Made by a program: the position numbers and the translations under genes | In this document: in pieces, positions 32,932 to 37,519 of the stretch | How positions within the stretch are numbered: position 1 is the first letter of the stretch | How the letters are laid out: each line of letters opens with the position of its first letter | Origin: Bigelowiella natans CCMP2755 | Taxonomy: Eukaryota; Protista; Cercozoa | DNA length: 37,519 bases | Assembly: GCA_000320545.1 (NCBI GenBank) | Contig: ADNK01000695.1 | Span: 1 to 37,519 of the forward strand | Reading direction: 5' to 3' | The notes under the pieces: generated by a model | What the model saw: only the letters and a program-made list of their open reading frames with translations | The model's database searches: none | What the model was told of the DNA's origin: nothing

Positions 32932-34053
32932 ATAATATTACTGTGTATATAATCAGGTAACGACTGTCGTAGGTCCTGGTAATAGTCGTAGTAGTAGTAG
33001 TTGATGAATGTTGTTTGTTGTTGTAGCAGTAGTAAGAAAAACAGTAGTGGTTGATCAGTGGCTTGCACGATTTGGAAGTATTTCAATAATAATATCTATG
33101 CCTTTGCTTGCTTGGTGCTTGTGATGTAAGTGATGACTCTATACTGCTACTACTACTCCTTCTTTTACTATTTAGTATCTGCCGTGGTATTTTCTATTTT
33201 AAAGTTGGATTGTTTTCTTTGTGAAAAAGGTGATCTTGATGGCTGGCAAAGCGGTTAATAGTGTACCTACTATTGTGCTGTTGCTTTACAAATCCAAACA
33301 CTTTGTGTTAATGAAGTCATCAGCTCACTTCTTATGTAAAAAGGAATGAGGAGGAAGATTATCCTCATCAGCAATAAATCTATTGATAGTCATTTTTGTT
33401 GTTGTCTGATTCCTGATGGATGGTTCTTATCCTTATCATATCCCAGGAATGGTAGATGCTGTTGGAAGAAAAGCATACATAGGCCATGTACGTTTGTGTG
33501 TGCGTTGCGTTGTTTGACACTATTCTTCCACACACTAACACATGCTTACAGATAGTCACAAATCCAACTGAAGTCGGCACACACTTTTGTTGTTGTAGTA
33601 GTAATAAATAGTAGTAGTGTGGTAGTAGTAGTAGTAGTATCATAAGTGCTGATGACGACGAAGAAGTAGAAATACTACAACAATAACAACAATAACAACA
33701 ATAACAACAACAACAACGTAGGTAATTGGTATGTCTGTTGGACCGGATGATGTGCTCTATTTCGCAGGTAGCAGTAGTTGTACTAGTAGTACTAGTAGAG
33801 TAGTAGTAGTAGTTGTTGTTGTTGTAGTACATACCATCATGATACTACCAAACAATCACATTAACAATTTATTACTAATGCGCTTCGATAGACGGAGATA
33901 ACCACCGAATTCGCAAGATGACACCGAGCAGAGAGGTATGCATATGTATATGTGTAAATACATGTACAGTGGATGAGGAGTTATTGTGATAATTTTGACT
34001 TGGGATTATTCACATTCGTTTAGTAGTAATAGAAAAGTAATAATTGCTATGGC

Positions 34054-34097
<44 letters not shown>

Positions 34098-34837
34098 GTT
34101 GTGAATATGAACCAGTCACCACCACCACCACCACCCCTCTCTGGGACTACTATTCGGCATATACACTACTCATATTTTTCTTTCATTCGTCGGAAAGATA
34201 GACAACATGAATATCATCCTATTTATAACAATCCAATTTGCTGCATGCTAAGGTCACGACTGTCGCTGGGAAAGGAACACGTATTACTTCCTACTTATGA
34301 CATATTTTGTATAAAATAAAGGATAAATATATTCGGTGATGTGATGATTCATAGGATATACCTACTACATGTTCTTTCCTTCTCTCGCTGTGAAAAGTAG
34401 TAATAGTAGCAGAATCATTGTACAGGGATTGTCATCCCATGTGAAAAAGATGATTCACTCCCTCATCAGTATCGATCGTTAATATGCGGCAATGTTAATT
34501 TAGACGATTTCGTTTTCAATCCTGGGGCGGGATTCTTGGATGGTTCTACAGGTATAAAAGCTAAAAAAGAGCACACATGATGATTACTTAGCTACGCTAC
34601 TAAAACTGAAGAATAAATAGTTCAAATACTTATACGTGATATGAAACACTTCTGCTTCGCTATTTCCCAGGAATTGCGACATTCAACATGCCACAAGCTG
34701 TAGTGTGCGACGACTTTGGAAATTTGTGCGTAGTAACTCGATCTTGTTCTTCTATGATGCTGATAAACAATACTTTGATGACGACGAGTATCATGTGAAA
34801 ATTGATATTGCAGGAATAGATTTCCATCTTCCTTTAA

Positions 34838-34881
<44 letters not shown>

Positions 34882-36216
34882 TTGATGAGATGAATGATGA
34901 GCGTGTACAAAAAGTAGATGGTCAATGTAATGATAGATGTATAGTAGAAATATACATCTCATCAAATTTTACATCGATGTCATCATTTTCATCGTCGTCG
35001 TCATTATAATCTGGGATGTGAGCACATATACAAATATTAATGTATCACCTATAAACTACCATTATTGATTATAACAGATGTTTTGCATTTATTAGGTATG
35101 TTGCAGATACGTTAAATCATTTGATAAGAAAAATCAGTCCTATGGTAAAATAGTCGGAGTAGTAGCAGCAGCATATTGTGATGATAGTGATTGAAAAAAA
35201 TGAAAAAGAAGAAGTGTAAAGGATGATGATAATAATGGTGACTCGTTACGGTCGGTCGCATAGAAATTATACAAGTTACTAGAGAATACAATTCTGTATC
35301 TATATTAGGAATAATGCATAATTGGTTGGCGCTTTTTATTTACAACATTTTGTTTTTAATGACACCTCATGAAAAATTTATAGGACTCAAGAGAACATGA
35401 AATATTCTACAATGCAACGGTTAAACTATTAAATATAGATATATGTGCGAGTGTATGAATACATGTTCACATGCACGAACACATGCACACATCACACATC
35501 ACATGCACGAATACATGCACACATCACACATCACATGCAAACACAAGCATACACACACGCATATGTCCGCACGAACAACGTTTCTGTGTGTTAGAGCATG
35601 AAATTCACACAACTTCAATTAGGTTGGCGACGTTGCAACGTTCGAGAATGATACTGGTATGATGACATGTTAAGATTAGGAACCACATGATTTAAAAAGT
35701 TTATGTGAAGCATTTCAACGTATTTGCAATTTGGAAAAGCGATGAAGTGTTTGAAAAAGAAGAAGAAGAGGAAGCATCTAATGCAGTAAATATACTACAG
35801 ATGAATAGATAAAAACTTGACCAATGAATATCCAAGAGATGTGTTTTGTTGCTACAAAGGAACTTACATAGCAAGGACTCCGAAACCCACGTTAATGCCA
35901 ACACAAAGACTGGTGAGTATGAAACATGGGGATTTCTTCATTGCTTTATTGGAAGAGAAAAGAACCAGGAAAGAATGGGATGAGCCCATGTAAATGTAAA
36001 CACAAAAAGATGCATTGGAACTCAAATATTTCAATGCCCTTTAAGGTTTTCAATGAAAAGGAAGCAGCTGGAGACAATCTGTTAGATCTACTTGACAAGG
36101 TGATGATAAAAGATGGAGGGAAAACAGTTCTTTCAGTTGCTAATAAATCATTTCGTTAGATGAAAGAGGACCTTGGAAAGCGAATGGATGAAGATGACAT
36201 TGATGAGAATTTGTAG
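24110..36216 (+). CDS. Large multi-exon NHL-repeat (beta-propeller) protein with N-terminal hydrophobic leader; 5' and 3' exons tentative
   Basis: Micro-exons give NHL motifs: FHRPMGIAIDFKGNVYVADAYNNA (~29110), IRKISP, VTTLAGKAG...DG.GSNARF (~29575), PIGLSLD...AADGDNH (~30000), IRRVDVLTGEVTTIAGTG (~30202), VADTQNSRIRRI (~30962), NIYVADTDGYQIRKI (~32618), GDNHRIRKM (~33895), FNMPQAVVCDDFGNL (~34682), YVADTLNHLIRKISP (~35097). Exon 1 (24110-24244, ...CWLLLPLILVYMLL...) splices in phase to 24355-24492. The last exon, 36160-36216, ends in TAG. This could be more than one gene. Confidence 0.72.
24500..35250. repeat. Dense intronic microsatellites: (TAG)n/(CTA)n, (TA)n, (GA)n/(CT)n, (GT)n, (GAA)n/(TTC)n, (GAT)n/(CAT)n
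   Basis: Examples at 24595, 25149, 25852, 26808, 27610, 27862, 28174, 28951, 31080, 31371, 31501, 32107, 32891, 34059 and 34841. Similar tracts occur at 12390-15470. Confidence 0.95.
32240..32263 (+). repeat. (TAGGG)4 telomere-like, G-quadruplex-competent tract in an intron
   Basis: tagggtagggtagggtagggtagg. Confidence 0.8.
35469..35532. repeat. 32-bp tandem duplication in a CA/TG-rich patch
   Basis: acatgcacgaaCacatgcacacatcacacatc / acatgcacgaaTacatgcacacatcacacatc; one difference. Confidence 0.9.
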
Positions 36217-36229
36217 ATGAGCAACCTAA

Positions 36230-37009
36230 ACAGCTGAGCAAATCATCAATTCGAAGTTTAGTGCTGCATCAAGAAGCTTCCTTGAACCAATCACTTCTTG
36301 CACAGGCACGGGGAGCATTGTGCTGTTCAAATGAAGGTGGCAACATGCCATCTTCCATGTCTCAATGTTGAAAAAACAACTTTGTGTTGCTTTGTCTTTG
36401 ACAATTGTCTTTGACAAAAGAGTGGAAGTCACACATTTTGCTGTGATGATTGCACAATGTTGCACATCATTGCCCTTGCTACAGATCTGCAGCTGTCTCA
36501 TCGCGGCGCACGATCTTTCATGCAACCAAAACTGACCGGATGTGAATTCTGCCGTGGCATGAGCGCACGCATCAGTGCACAACACAAAAGCAGCGTGCCA
36601 AACTGAAATCGAAACGGCAAAAAGGCAAAACAAAAACACAACAAGACTTCAGTGCTGTGATCGATCAAGTCAATCGCACGTGACCATTTGCAAATGGCAA
36701 ATGACACAAGTGCTTCCAAATTGGCAGCACCTCCGCCATGCAAGGTTTGCATCGCCGCAGAAATCAAAAGAATTCGGGTCAGGATTGTGTTCCAAACCAG
36801 GTCAGGTGATTCAAAATCACAATCCAAACAAGAGTCACTGTTGAAAAAAAATGGCAATGAAAAACTGAGGTTTTGCAGAAAAAAATGGATAAAGTGTCAC
36901 CAAGGGTCAGGGTCATCAGGGTCTGGATTCATTTTTGAGAGTCATCATCTAGATCAGGAGTCAGGAGAGTTGCAGGTTAGGGTTGCAGGTTGGGGTTGCA
37001 GTTTCAGGG
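36230..37009. other. TpA-depleted block 4: telomere-associated sequence with variant repeats
   Basis: 36265-36975 has 2 TA (CTAC, CTAG). TCAGGG at 36907, 36916 and 37004; TTGGGG at 36990. Confidence 0.85.
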
Positions 37010-37519
37010 TTAGGGTTAGGGTTAGGGTTAGGGTTAGGGTTAGGGTTAGGGTTAGGGTTAGGGTTAGGGTTAGGGTTAGGGTTAGGGTTAGGGTTAGGGT
37101 TAGGGTTAGGGTTAGGGTTAGGTTAGGTAGGTAGGTAGGTAGGTAGGTAGGTTAGGGTTAGGGTTAGGGTTAGGGTTAGGGTTAGGGTTAGGGTTAGGGT
37201 TAGGGTTAGGGTTAGGGTTAGGGTTAGGGTTAGGGTTAGGGATTAGGGTTAGGGTTAGGGTTAGGGTTAGGGTTAGGGTTAGGGTTAGGGTTAGGGTTAG
37301 GGTTAGGGTTAGGGTTAGGGTTAGGGTTAGGGTTAGGGTTAGGGTTAGGGTTAGGGTTAGGGTTAGGGTTAGGGTTAGGGTTAGGGTTAGGGTTAGGGTT
37401 AGGGTTAGGGTTAGGGTTAGGGTTAGGGTTAGGGTTAGGGTTAGGGTTAGGGTTAGGGTTAGGGTTAGGGTTAGGGTTAGGGTTAGGGTTAGGGTTAGGG
37501 TTAGGGTTAGGGTTAGGGT
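37010..37519 (+). repeat. Telomeric (TTAGGG)n array, chromosome end
   Basis: About 500 bp of TTAGGG running to the window end, G-rich strand pointing outward. Internal variants at 37118-37151, ~37242 and ~37470. Confidence 0.98.

Noticed and set aside
25657-34893. Poly-Leu, poly-Ser, (YI)n, (CV)n and (ER)n ORFs that look like membrane or low-complexity proteins
   Set aside because: They are translations of intronic microsatellites; only short embedded exons carry NHL motifs.
36688-37134. ORF ending in (RV)n
   Set aside because: Translation of the telomeric repeat read through from the stop-poor TA-null block.

Overview
Eukaryotic subtelomeric window ending in a (TTAGGG)n telomere (37010-37519). 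The intron-rich GT-AG genes suggest a protist, possibly chlorarachniophyte-like, but that is inference only. From left to right: (1) the 3' part of a Ty3/Gypsy LTR retrotransposon (gag-PR-RT-RH-IN, PPT, 3' LTR) with an in-frame stop, a -1 frameshift and a C-terminal Dam-like adenine-methyltransferase remnant; (2) an intronless pirin gene; (3) a 957-bp non-autonomous TIR element with a 9-bp TSD; (4) an unknown spliced minus-strand gene; (5) a gene of at least 11 exons fusing an Mrr-type (type IV restriction) nuclease domain to a telobox-like Myb domain; (6) an NBR1-type FW-domain gene; (7) a long NHL-repeat gene with microsatellite-filled introns. The most striking sequence signal is four intergenic blocks (~6.8-9.0, 15.9-17.6, 22.0-23.6 and 36.2-37.0 kb) from which the dinucleotide TA is almost completely purged except inside CTAG. 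Duplicated sequences in the window differ at TA vs TG/CA, suggesting a TpA-specific A-to-G hypermutation process. All domain calls and dinucleotide counts were made by eye; no searches were run.
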